64,000 bases of DNA from an uncultured Phycisphaerales bacterium (lineage in GTDB: Bacteria > Planctomycetota > Phycisphaerae > Tepidisphaerales > Tepidisphaeraceae), in assembly GCA_963844715.1 (NCBI GenBank), contig CAWJPJ010000007.1, positions 1,312,001 through 1,376,000 on the forward strand, read 5' to 3'. A program made the position numbers and the translations under genes. Within the stretch, counting starts at the first letter, position 1. Each line of letters opens with the position of its first letter. Of the stretch, positions 23,956 to 33,677 are shown in pieces. Below the pieces are notes generated by a model. It was not told where the DNA came from, did not search any database, and saw only the letters and a program-made list of their open reading frames with translations.

Positions 23956-25490
23956 ATGGCCAAGAATATTAAGTCGCGGGCTGAGGATTATTCGCAGTGG
24001 TATCTGGACGTCATCAAGGCGGCGCAGCTCGCGGATTACTCGCCGGTGAAGGGGTGCATGGTGATCCGCCCGGAGGGGTTCGCGGTTTGGGAGGCGATTC
24101 AGCGGGACTTGGACCGGCGCTTTCGTGAGACCGGTCATGTGAATGCCTATTTCCCGCTCCTGATTCCCATGAATTTTCTAGCCAAGGAGGCGGAGCATGT
24201 CGAGGGGTTTGCGATGGAATGCGCGGTGGTGACGCATTCGGCTTTGGAAAAAGCGGATGGGGGTTTGCGCCGGCGGGTAAGCTCGAAGAGCCGCTGATTG
24301 TCCGGCCGACCAGCGAAACGGTCATCGGGCATATGTATTCACAGTGGGTGCAGAGCTATCGCGATCTGCCGATTCTGATCAATCAATGGTGCAACGTGAT
24401 GCGCTGGGAGATGCGCACACGGCTGTTCCTTCGCACGGCCGAATTCCTCTGGCAAGAGGGGCATACGGCTCACGAAACTGCCGAGGAGGCGCAAGCGGAG
24501 ACGCTGCGCATGCTGGACGTGTACGCGGATTTTGCGGAGAAGTTTCTAGCGCTGCCCGTGATCAAAGGGAGGAAGACCGATGCGGAAAAGTTTCCAGGGG
24601 CGCAGACAACCTATGCGATCGAGGCGCTCATGCAGGATGGGAAGGCGCTGCAATGCGGGACGAGTCATTTCCTGGCGCAGAATTTCGCCAAGGCGTTTGA
24701 CATCAAGTTCCTCGGTCGCGATCAGAAGACCGAATTTGCGAACACGACGAGCTGGGGAGTGAGCACGAGGTTGATCGGGGCGATCATCATGGCGCACAGC
24801 GACGATGACGGGCTGGTCCTGCCACCCTACGCGGCGCCGACGGTGGTGGCGATCGTGCCGATCTTCAAGAGCGACGCCGAGAGACAGGCGGTTCAGGAAT
24901 TTGCCGACAAAGTCGTCGCGGCGCTGGCGGGGCCGAACGAAGTGGCCGCGGGGATGGCGCGGCTGTCGTCCGACGGGCTGCGCCATTATTTCGTGGATTC
25001 GACGACCGCACAGAAGATCGTGGTCGACTGGCGGGACGCACGCCCGGGAGACAAACAATATCACTGGGAACAGCGAGGCGTGCCGCTACGGATGGAAATC
25101 GGACCGCGAGACGTCGCGGCCGGGACCATGGTCCTCAAAAGGCGTTTTGATCGCGAAAAATCGACGGTAACCCTGGCGGAACTGTCCCCACAATGGCTAC
25201 GGGGGCGGATGGAGCAGATCCATCAGGCGATGTACGAGAAGGCCAAGGCATTCCGCGATCAAAACACGCGCACGGCTACGACTTATGACGAAATGAAGAA
25301 GATCCTGAGCGAGCAGGGGGGATTTGTGCGGGTCTGGTTTGAGCCGAATAAGGCGGTCGAGGCGAAGATCAAGGAACAGACCAAGGCGACCGTTCGCTGC
25401 ATTCCGCTGGATCAGCCCGGCGGCAGCGGGCCTTGCATATTTAGCGGCCAAACTACCTCGACCCAGGTTCTATTTGCCCAAGCGTATTAG
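23956..25490 (+). CDS. proS: Proline--tRNA ligase, archaeal/eukaryotic-like type (frameshift near 24265)
   Basis: [45 protein letters not shown] and C-terminal FAQAY. Confidence 0.96.
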
Positions 25491-25619
25491 GGGGCGATTT
25501 CAATAACTTGCTGCGGTGGGATGGGTTGCATCTCGCCATGCCCCGTTTTTTTGTCGCTAAATTGCGCAACTTAACTACAATTTGGGTTAAGATCGTAAAA
25601 GGAGAGGTGGGCTGTAACT

Positions 25620-26804
25620 TTGGCGGATGTTACAACGCAACTTCGCGAACAGGACGTAGCGGTCCGCTCCACATCTGCCGCGCAAGTCGAGGAATTAAAA
25701 CGCACTGTGCATCTTTTGCGCGAGGCGTTGGATGCGAACTCGGATACGATCTTCGTCAAGGACCTCGACGACAAATATCTATTTCTTAACGTAGCCGGAA
25801 CAGAGCGCTTCGGGCAGCCGCTGTCCGCGGTTCTCGGGCGCGACGTGACCGCGGTGTTCGATGCCGAGAGTGCGGCAACGTTGCGGGAGCTGGACGAGCA
25901 GGTGATGGAGACGGGGCTGCCGAACACATCGGAGCGAACGCTGCGCGTGCCCGGGGAGGAGCCGAAGATTTTCGTCGCCTGCCGCGCGCCGTATCGGGAC
26001 CCGGACGGGAAGATCATCGGGGTGATCGGGGTTTCTCGCGACGTGACGGAGCAGCGGCGGCTGGAGAGGATCACCGATCAGGCGCGGGAGCAGATCGCGC
26101 ATCTGTCGCGGGTGGCGTCGGTGGGGGAAATGGCTTCGAATCTGGCACACGAACTGAATCAGCCGCTGACGGCGATCCTAAGCTACGGTGGGGTTTGCCT
26201 GGACTCCGTAAAACCGGGCGGCACGGCGAAACCCAACGAGGAGATGGCGGAATATCTGTCGGAATTGTGCAAGGAGGCGAGCCGTGCCGCGGCGATCATC
26301 CGCCGGCTGCGGGCCTATCTTTGCAAGCAATCGCCCCTGCACACTCGGCAGGACATCAAACGTCCGGTCGAGGAAGCGGTCGAGTTGATGCGGCACATGT
26401 TTCAGCGTGCCGGAATGCGGCCGCGGCTGGATATCGCCTCCGATCTCCCCGAGGTCGAGGTCGATTCGGTGCAGATTCAGCAGGTGCTGATCAATTTGAT
26501 TCAAAATGCGCTGGACTCGATGGACAAGCTGGATTCGGAGGAGAAGAGGCTGGTGATCCGCGTGGCGGCGACATCATCGGGGCAGGTGCGCGTCAGCGTG
26601 ATCGACGGAGGCGCGGGCGTCTCGGCGGCGATCTCCGGCAAGATTTTTGAATCGTATTTCACCACCAAGCCGCAGGGATTGGGGCTGGGATTATCGATCT
26701 GCCGATCGATCGTGGAATCGCACGGCGGCAGGCTTTCGGCGGCGGCGAATGCGGATAGGGGAATGACGTTCGAATTTTCTTTACCGCCGGCGGGCCGAGC
26801 TTAA
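25620..26804 (+). CDS. PAS-domain sensor histidine kinase (FixL-like)
   Basis: PAS domain, AHELNQPL H-box, NLIQNA, GLGLGLSIC. Confidence 0.95.
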   Translation: MADVTTQLREQDVAVRSTSAAQVEELKRTVHLLREALDANSDTIFVKDLDDKYLFLNVAGTERFGQPLSAVLGRDVTAVFDAESAATLRELDEQVMETGLPNTSERTLRVPGEEPKIFVACRAPYRDPDGKIIGVIGVSRDVTEQRRLERITDQAREQIAHLSRVASVGEMASNLAHELNQPLTAILSYGGVCLDSVKPGGTAKPNEEMAEYLSELCKEASRAAAIIRRLRAYLCKQSPLHTRQDIKRPVEEAVELMRHMFQRAGMRPRLDIASDLPEVEVDSVQIQQVLINLIQNALDSMDKLDSEEKRLVIRVAATSSGQVRVSVIDGGAGVSAAISGKIFESYFTTKPQGLGLGLSICRSIVESHGGRLSAAANADRGMTFEFSLPPAGRA

Positions 26805-26829
26805 GGCGTTCCGCGCGAGTCAGGCGTAT

Positions 26830-27453
26830 ATGGAAATGCAAACGATGGCGTCGGCAGCGACTGTGTTCATCGTCGATGACGAGCCGAGCGTTCGGCGCGC
26901 CCTGCGCGTGGTTGTGGAATCGGCGGGGCTATGCGCCGAGACATTCGCCTCGGCGGAGCAATTCGTGCGGCAATATCGCTCGGCAGGGCGCGCCTGCCTG
27001 CTGCTGGATCTTCGCCTGGAAGGGATGAGCGGGCTGCAACTGCTCGACCTGCTGCGGAAGCGGAAGGTGCGCCTTCCGACGCTTATGATCTCAGGCCATG
27101 GCGACATCCGCACCGCGGTTCAAAGCATGAAACTGGGCGCGATCGACTTCCTGGAAAAGCCGCTGGTTCACGACCAATTGATCGAAAAGATCCGGCATAC
27201 GCTGGACACGGCGGAGTCAAGAAGCGATTCGGGGAACGGTCCCGAAATCATGCGGTCATTGACGCCACGGGAAATACAGATCGTGAAATTGCTGATCGCG
27301 GGAAAATCGAGCAAGCAAATCGCGGCCGAACTTCAGGTCGCATACCGAACCATTTGCAATCATCGTGCTCATCTCCTGGCCAAGACCGGCGCGGAAAACA
27401 CGGCGGCGCTCGTTCGCATGGCGATGGACGCGGGATTGGGCGACGTGGCATAG
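26830..27453 (+). CDS. FixJ/LuxR-type response regulator
   Basis: IVDDE, LLD, DFLEKP and LTPRE HTH. Confidence 0.95.
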   Translation: MEMQTMASAATVFIVDDEPSVRRALRVVVESAGLCAETFASAEQFVRQYRSAGRACLLLDLRLEGMSGLQLLDLLRKRKVRLPTLMISGHGDIRTAVQSMKLGAIDFLEKPLVHDQLIEKIRHTLDTAESRSDSGNGPEIMRSLTPREIQIVKLLIAGKSSKQIAAELQVAYRTICNHRAHLLAKTGAENTAALVRMAMDAGLGDVA

Positions 27454-27878
27454 GAATTAATGACTATGACTGCATTGCGCAAAAATCCTTCATGAAAATT
27501 CTTATGGCTTGCCGCGGATTAACCGGGTGGGCACACATCCGATTGGAGGGGGGCATTTTGGCCGATATATCCCCTTTATTCAGTGACAGTTGGCATCGGC
27601 AGCAGCGTGCCCCGCGGGGTTTAACACGTTTGAAGTATTAAGATGCCTCCACGGATAAATGTTACAAGGCCGGGCGCCGGGCCGGAGTTAGCGGGCTTCT
27701 CTCGTTTTGACCGGTGTTTTGGATTCGGCTATTGCCTATTCCCGGCAACGTGATTGCCGTCACATTGCGCCTGCGGTAGTTGCTATGATCGGACCCTGCG
27801 AACGCGAAATCATTGCAATAAAGTTAATTTAATGGTGTCGGCTCTGCCGAAAAATGGAGTGTTGGATTTTTCATTTCG

Positions 27879-28286
27879 GTGGAGCAAACGGTGACCTTAA
27901 TGGCTGATGCAAGCGCCGACGCTGGAAGCAAGCGGCCGCGCATTCTGGTGATCGAGGATCATACGCCGACGCGATTGGCGATGGGTAAGCTCATCCGCCA
28001 GGCGGGGGCCGACGTGGTTACCGCGCGGGATGGGGAAGAGGGCCTTAAGTATCTGATGACACAACGGTTTGACGTGCTGCTCACGGATCTGCGCATGCCG
28101 GTCATGGACGGATTCGAGTTGTTGCAGCATTGCGCAAAACTTCCCCCGAGTCATCGCCCGGCGCGGGTGGTCGCCATCAGCGGCGAATACGAGGCAGGCG
28201 TCCTTCACGGTCAGCCGGTTCAGTTCCTGTCCAAGCCGTTCAGTCTTTCCGCGCTGCTGGATGTGATCGGCGGCAAGCCGAACTAG
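27879..28286 (+). CDS. Single-domain response regulator
   Basis: ILVIED, TDLRMPVMDG, LSKPF. Confidence 0.92.
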   Translation: MEQTVTLMADASADAGSKRPRILVIEDHTPTRLAMGKLIRQAGADVVTARDGEEGLKYLMTQRFDVLLTDLRMPVMDGFELLQHCAKLPPSHRPARVVAISGEYEAGVLHGQPVQFLSKPFSLSALLDVIGGKPN

Positions 28287-28305
28287 GGCGCGGTACGAAT
28301 CCTTC

Positions 28306-29556
28306 TTATCTAACGCAGGCAAAGAGCATTCGGCCGTAGTTCTCGCCGAAGGGCGCGACCCCGTCCTCGTCGGGGCCCAAAGGGATGACCTCGTTAAATG
28401 TGGTGTTCTTTTTCAGCCATGCCTGCACAAATTCCGGATTCCACAGCGGAAGGGTTTGCCTGAACCAGGACTCGGTGCATTGGCCGGTGTCGAAGAAGAG
28501 GACTTTTCCCGCGATGCGATCGATCAATCGGATGAACGTTTCGGCCGACAGGCTTTCCTCGCCCAGCGCGAAGTGATGCATGAGGCTGCAACAGCACGCC
28601 ACGTCGTAAGTTTGCGCAGGCGCTCCAGAAACCGCACGCAATCCATCCGGAAGAATTGGCGGGGCTGGAGTCCGTAGACGGCCTGGCCCACCATGGTGGC
28701 GACGGGGTCGAGTTCGACTCCGTAAGCGTCGAAGCCGAGCCGGGTCATCTCCCGGACGAACCAACCATACCCGCAGCCGATGTCGACAAAGCTTTGCGAT
28801 CTGGGCGGGAGGAGATTGTTGCCGCGAAGGAAGGCGTGCATTTTCTCGAAGCGGTCAGAGCATTTGCGGGTTTGAATCCATCGGTGTTTCAGTTCCGGAG
28901 CATCGACAGGCTGATAGACCAGGAACTTGCCCTTGGTCCACTGAACATCCATAAGAAGCGATTGAAGAGGCGTCAGGACGGGGGCCGGCTCAACGCAGAC
29001 CGAAACGTGCCCGAGTCCGCGCCACATGGGCAAGGGCGAGGCGGTGATGCCCGTCGATGACCTGATAGCAGTCGGAAAATTCGATGGGGCGAACGTGGAT
29101 GGGCATGCCGGGCCCGCTCTGGCCCTCCTGCGGCGCATACGCGGCCGGGTCGCCGCCGCTGAATGAAGCGATAAATCGGCGCACGACGTTCGCCACATCG
29201 TTTTCCGACCAGGCCTCGAAGTAATGCCCCATCAGGTCCACGCATTCGGCCCCATTCTTGAAATAGGGGGTTTGCTCGAGAACAGCGGGCTCGAAGAGGC
29301 GGTCGCCGATCTCCTGATACTGGCGAAGGAGCTGCGTGTGGGGAAATTGCTCGATCGATTGGGAGGCGCGCAGCAGATTGCCGGTCACCCGCGCGAGCGC
29401 GGCGGCGGAGACGCCGTTCTCGTCGCCCAGGAGGACTTTATCGAGGGTGATTTCGCGAAGCTGCGGAGCGGCCGGCGCAGGCGCGGCATCCCCGAGGAAT
29501 CGCCGGGCGCGCTGCCGAAGCCCGCGCGGAATTCTGGCAATGAGCGAGGCTACCAT
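28306..29556 (-). CDS. ParB/sulfiredoxin-like domain fused to a class I SAM-dependent methyltransferase (two frameshifts)
   Basis: YQVIDGHHRLA in the N-terminal ORF, VDIGCGYGWF and YGVE in the middle ORF, SLMHH in the last. Confidence 0.7.
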
Positions 29557-29601
29557 GCCCGCTCCAGACGCGGCATGCGCAGGAAACCTGTGACCAAATC
29601 G

Positions 29602-29736
29602 CCCCCCTTTTGGCGCTGAGGCTGAGGGTGAACTGACAGTGTGTTCCCGAATACCTTTTCGCCAGAATTGAGGGCCATCGCAAGCTGCGAGTACGAAACC
29701 GGCACTCCTTATTGGACGGAGTGCACCAGAGGTGGG
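29602..29736. ncRNA. Candidate structured RNA, unassigned
   Basis: Ends pair (CCCCCCTTTTGGCGC with GCACCAGAGGTGGG using G-U); internal hairpins GCACTCC/GGAGTGC and TCGCA/TGCGA. Confidence 0.35.
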
Positions 29737-29769
29737 AGTTTGTACCGATTGTAACGGCTGCGCGGCCGG

Positions 29770-30072
29770 TTACTTGATCGTGATGAAGTCGGCGACGCTG
29801 CTCAGGTCTTTGATGCTCTGCGGGGTGGCTTTAACGTCGGCCGAAGCGCCGCGGACGATATCGGGGTGAACCTTGTTCGGCCGCTTCGTCCAAATCTGCC
29901 CGCCACGGCGTTTGGGGAGTTCCTTGAAATTCCGGCTGCGGATTTCGATAGGCCGGCGGATCGCCTTATCCCGCATGAAAAGCCGCTCAAGCGTCTTGCG
30001 AGCCGCGGCCCGGTTGACGGTTTTGTTTATCGTAATGCGGACGGTTTTTCCGGGCTTTAAGTCGATGGCCAT
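29770..30072 (-). CDS. Small basic hypothetical protein
   Basis: AAGGA RBS; Lys/Arg-rich 100-aa ORF starting MAIDLKPGKTVRITI. Confidence 0.7.
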   Translation of the reverse strand: MAIDLKPGKTVRITINKTVNRAAARKTLERLFMRDKAIRRPIEIRSRNFKELPKRRGGQIWTKRPNKVHPDIVRGASADVKATPQSIKDLSSVADFITIK

Positions 30073-30159
30073 GATGCGGTCCTTTTTGGTCGATTTAGGG
30101 GCGGGGAATATATAGCAGATTGGGAGTGGGGGCAAGTTAGTGCGAGAAGCGGTGATGGG

Positions 30160-30786
30160 CTACTTTGAATATTCAGGCTTGGCTGGCACAGTTCCACATT
30201 CCGGGCAGCGGCCTGGGGTGGCGCGGAGGTCGTACCCGCAGGTGGCACAGAGGCCTTGCGCGAACCGTCGGCGTTGCTTGGTTTCCCGGCGCTTCCATAG
30301 GGCGGCGAGGATCATCGCGGGTAAGAAGATGACCGCGAGAGGAAGAGTTATGCTCTGCTGGCGAACAATCTGCATAGGACGCTTTCCCATTTTGTCCGTT
30401 ACGAGGAATGAATCGCGATAGTTGAGATACACGATTTCAAAGCCCTTGAACCGAATATCAGTGGTGGGTGGCGTTTGCACACGTTGGTTGATGAAATATG
30501 GGTAGACGGGGGACCGGCTTGAAGTGTGCTCGAAGCGATGGCCCCACGGAATAAACCCATCGAGATCGCCGTGCCATTCCCAGTACTCGTGCCATAATTG
30601 CAGCCCTCCATGAGCGCAAACGACCTTTCTCGACTCCGTATAAATGTACGGCTGGAATGAGTCGTCGGTCCAAAGCAGAGAATCCTGAATCCAATAGCTT
30701 CGCACCCAAACTATGGCGGTGACCGCGGCCAGCAGCAGAGACAATGCCGCGAGCGCGCTGAGGAGCCATCGGTGTAGGCGTCTCAT
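30160..30786 (-). CDS. Membrane protein with C-terminal zinc ribbon
   Basis: Two TM segments and CATCGYDLRATPGRCPECG. Confidence 0.85.
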   Translation of the reverse strand: MRRLHRWLLSALAALSLLLAAVTAIVWVRSYWIQDSLLWTDDSFQPYIYTESRKVVCAHGGLQLWHEYWEWHGDLDGFIPWGHRFEHTSSRSPVYPYFINQRVQTPPTTDIRFKGFEIVYLNYRDSFLVTDKMGKRPMQIVRQQSITLPLAVIFLPAMILAALWKRRETKQRRRFAQGLCATCGYDLRATPGRCPECGTVPAKPEYSK

Positions 30787-30815
30787 CAGGGAAAATTATA
30801 CCGCGCGACCGACGG

Positions 30816-31296
30816 TCAATTGGAATTCAAGGTCTTCGCGGGGACGGTTCCGCATTCCGGGCAGCGCTCTGGCGTGGCGCGGAGGTCGTAGCCGCATTGG
30901 GAACATAGATTCGTAAACATTTCGCAAAGAGTTTTCTCTGCGAAATATTTTCTGGAGTTGATGTGAATCGATATGCCAACAAACCCTTGAACGATGAAAA
31001 TCCACCAAGCGGCGGCAAATTCGTTGAAACGGACTAGCCAAAGCGCTGAGAGAAAGGCCAATAGAGCCAATAGCAATCCTAGCCAGGTTTGCCAGTGCCG
31101 GTACGCTTGGCCATGAGCGAGTCGGATTAGACGCCATCTCTCTTTGATTGGCAGCGCCCCTAGACCGGCCCGCACCGCGGGGTAGCTGTGTGATAGAAAA
31201 TACCACCGGATAGCACGCCAGAATTGAGAACTGGTGCGGCGTACGAAATTCACATGCTTCATCCTTTCGGACCAGCGCAACCAATTCCTCAATCAC
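30816..31296 (-). CDS. Membrane protein with C-terminal zinc ribbon (start uncertain)
   Basis: Two TM segments and CSQCGYDLRATPERCPECG. Confidence 0.75.
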
Positions 31297-31462
31297 CCGC
31301 GCATAACATGCCGAACTGGCGGCCAGCGCTCACCTGATTGATCCCACAGTGCTCATCATACGGAAAGTCCATTGTGGCATTGCGCCCTGAAAGGGGTTTG
31401 GGGGCCATTCCGTCCATATAAAGCGTGAGTTTCCAACCGCAAACCTGTGATAGAATTGCCCC

Positions 31463-32536
31463 ATGACCACCCAGTCGGCCCCCATCGCGGATGTTCGAAC
31501 ATTGGTGGACCGCGTGCTTCTGGATGCACTGCGGGAGCGGGCGAGCGATTTGCATTTGGAGCCGCAGGCCGATGGGTGGGAGATTCGGTATCGAATCGAC
31601 GGGATGCTGGAAACGCGGCAGCGCGTCGAGACGACCGTCGGGCGGGCCGCGGTCGCGCGGCTCATGGTGATGGGGAAATTGCTGACCTACCGACTGGACG
31701 TGTCTCAGGAGGGGCGGATCAGTTTCGAATTCGAGGGCAGAGAGATTGAGCTGCGGCTTTCGGTGATGCCTACGGTGCATGGATTGCGCGCGGCGGTGAG
31801 GATGCCGGCGGAATATCTGCACCCGGGGACTTTGGAGGAGCTAGGGATGCCGCCCGGGGTTTTGGAGGGGCTGCGGCGATTCGCCAGCGCGGAGTCGGGG
31901 ATGCTGATCCTCACCGGGCCCGCCGGCTCGGGGAAGACGACGACGATTTACGCGCTGCTCGCGCAGATTGTGGCAACTCAACCGGGGTTGAGCGTGATTT
32001 GTTTGGAAGACCCCGTCGAGCGCCATCTTCCCGGCGTGACACAGATCGAAGTTTCCCCGTTTGGGCAGCTCACCTATGAGCGGGCGCTGCGCAGCATCCT
32101 GCGGCAGGACCCGCAGGTCCTCATGCTCGGAGAAATTCGCGATGCCGCCACCGCGACCCTGGCGGTGCAGGCGGCGCTTTCGGGCCACCGGCTGATTACC
32201 ACGCTGCACGCCTCGATGCCGGCGGGGGCGATCGGGCGACTTTGGGAGATGGGGATCGAGCCGTACCAGATCACCAGCAGTTTGCATTCAGTTTTGGCGC
32301 AGAGATTGGTGCGGCGAAAAGCCGAATCCGGATATCACGGGCGGGCTCCGTTGGCGGAACTTGTGGCCGTGGACGGGGAATTGAAACGGGCGATCTTGGA
32401 GAAGCGGGATGCCGATGCGTTGGCCGCCATCTATTGCCGGCGGCCAGGTTATCAGAGTCTTCGTGAGGCCGGGCAAGCGCTTTTGCGGCAGGGAATTACC
32501 GACGAGGTGGAACTAACCCGGGTTTTGGGGGCGTGA
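31463..32536 (+). CDS. GspE/PulE/PilB-family ATPase lacking the N-terminal domain
   Basis: RASDLHLEP, GPAGSGKTTT, LEDPVE, LRQDP, GEIRD, TTLHA. Confidence 0.95.
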   Translation: MTTQSAPIADVRTLVDRVLLDALRERASDLHLEPQADGWEIRYRIDGMLETRQRVETTVGRAAVARLMVMGKLLTYRLDVSQEGRISFEFEGREIELRLSVMPTVHGLRAAVRMPAEYLHPGTLEELGMPPGVLEGLRRFASAESGMLILTGPAGSGKTTTIYALLAQIVATQPGLSVICLEDPVERHLPGVTQIEVSPFGQLTYERALRSILRQDPQVLMLGEIRDAATATLAVQAALSGHRLITTLHASMPAGAIGRLWEMGIEPYQITSSLHSVLAQRLVRRKAESGYHGRAPLAELVAVDGELKRAILEKRDADALAAIYCRRPGYQSLREAGQALLRQGITDEVELTRVLGA

Positions 32537-32580
32537 AAGAATTGCCCGGGCAGTCCGTCGTGTATTTTGGAACGAGCGGC

Positions 32581-33370
32581 ATGACGACCGAAACCCTTCA
32601 ATTCGCGCCCCCCGGAGCCGCAGGCCGATGCCGACCTGGAGCTTTTGCGGCGGTGGACGAATCGCGGCGACGCCGAAGCCTTCGGGCGGATCGTTCACCA
32701 ATACGCAGGGTGCGTTTACGCGACCTGTCTGCGGATTTTGGGAGATGGCGCGCGGGCTCAAGACGCCTCGCAGGAGACGTTCTTCCGCTTGATGCGCTCG
32801 CGAACCCAAGTTACGCAGAATCTCGGCGGCTGGCTGCATCGCACGGCCACGCATCTCGCCCTGGACATGCTCCGCAGCGAGACGGCCAGGCGGCATCGCG
32901 AGATCGCCTACGCGGATCAGAACAATCACGAGGCCTGCACCTGGGCGGAGCTTTCCCCATGCGTCGATCAGGCGCTGACGGAACTGCCCGAGGAATTGCG
33001 AGCGCTGCTGGTGGATCATTACCTGATGGGCAAATCGCAGGTGGAACTGGCGGAGCGAACCGGCCTATCGGCCGCGACGATCTCGCGGCGTGTGCATCAG
33101 GGATTGGAAGAGCTGCGCGAGCGATTGAAGCTCAAGGGGATTTACGCGCTGCCGGCGGTATTGGCGGGATTGCTTTGCCACGTGGCGGCGCGAGGCGGTC
33201 TTGCGAAATCCCTCGACCCGGCCGCTCTGGAAACAGCTCCTGGAGCCGCGGCGATTGGTGCCTCTGCTCGGAGGCGTGGCGGCGATCCTGCTGATCGAAT
33301 GGCTGTGCTTCGGCAGCTTCGTGCCGTTTCATCAATCGAGCAGTGCGCCGCCGGAGCCGGTCAGTCATAG
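32581..33370 (+). CDS. ECF RNA polymerase sigma factor with C-terminal extension (frameshifts)
   Basis: DAEAFGRIV, AQDASQETF, GWLHRTA and a region-4 HTH. Confidence 0.88.
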
Positions 33371-33677
33371 CCGCTGAGAAATCGTTCCCGACGAAAAGTT
33401 TCCCAGGAGATTTTCGATGACTCGATCGGAGTCCGCAGGATTGACGTTTGCGTATCACGCCCGGACCTCGTCTGGCCTGGAAACTCGCGTCGGCCGATCT
33501 GGGTGTTTGAATTTAATTATCCGCGCCATCAGCGAAATCCGCGGTCAAATTCTTTTTTTACCACCGATGACGCGGATTTCACGGATGGCGGAAGCCCAAC
33601 CCCACGGAGGATAAAGACGCATGACCCAGCAGGCCGCGCTTGAAATTGCTCGTCAGCCGGTTTAACACGCTGGCTCG

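Noticed and set aside
29600..29740. ZTP or c-di-AMP riboswitch, hammerhead ribozyme or 5S rRNA
   Set aside because: Only fragments match (CTGGCGAA, GTCAG, CGAAAC); required elements such as CGCCTGGG or CTGANGA are missing.
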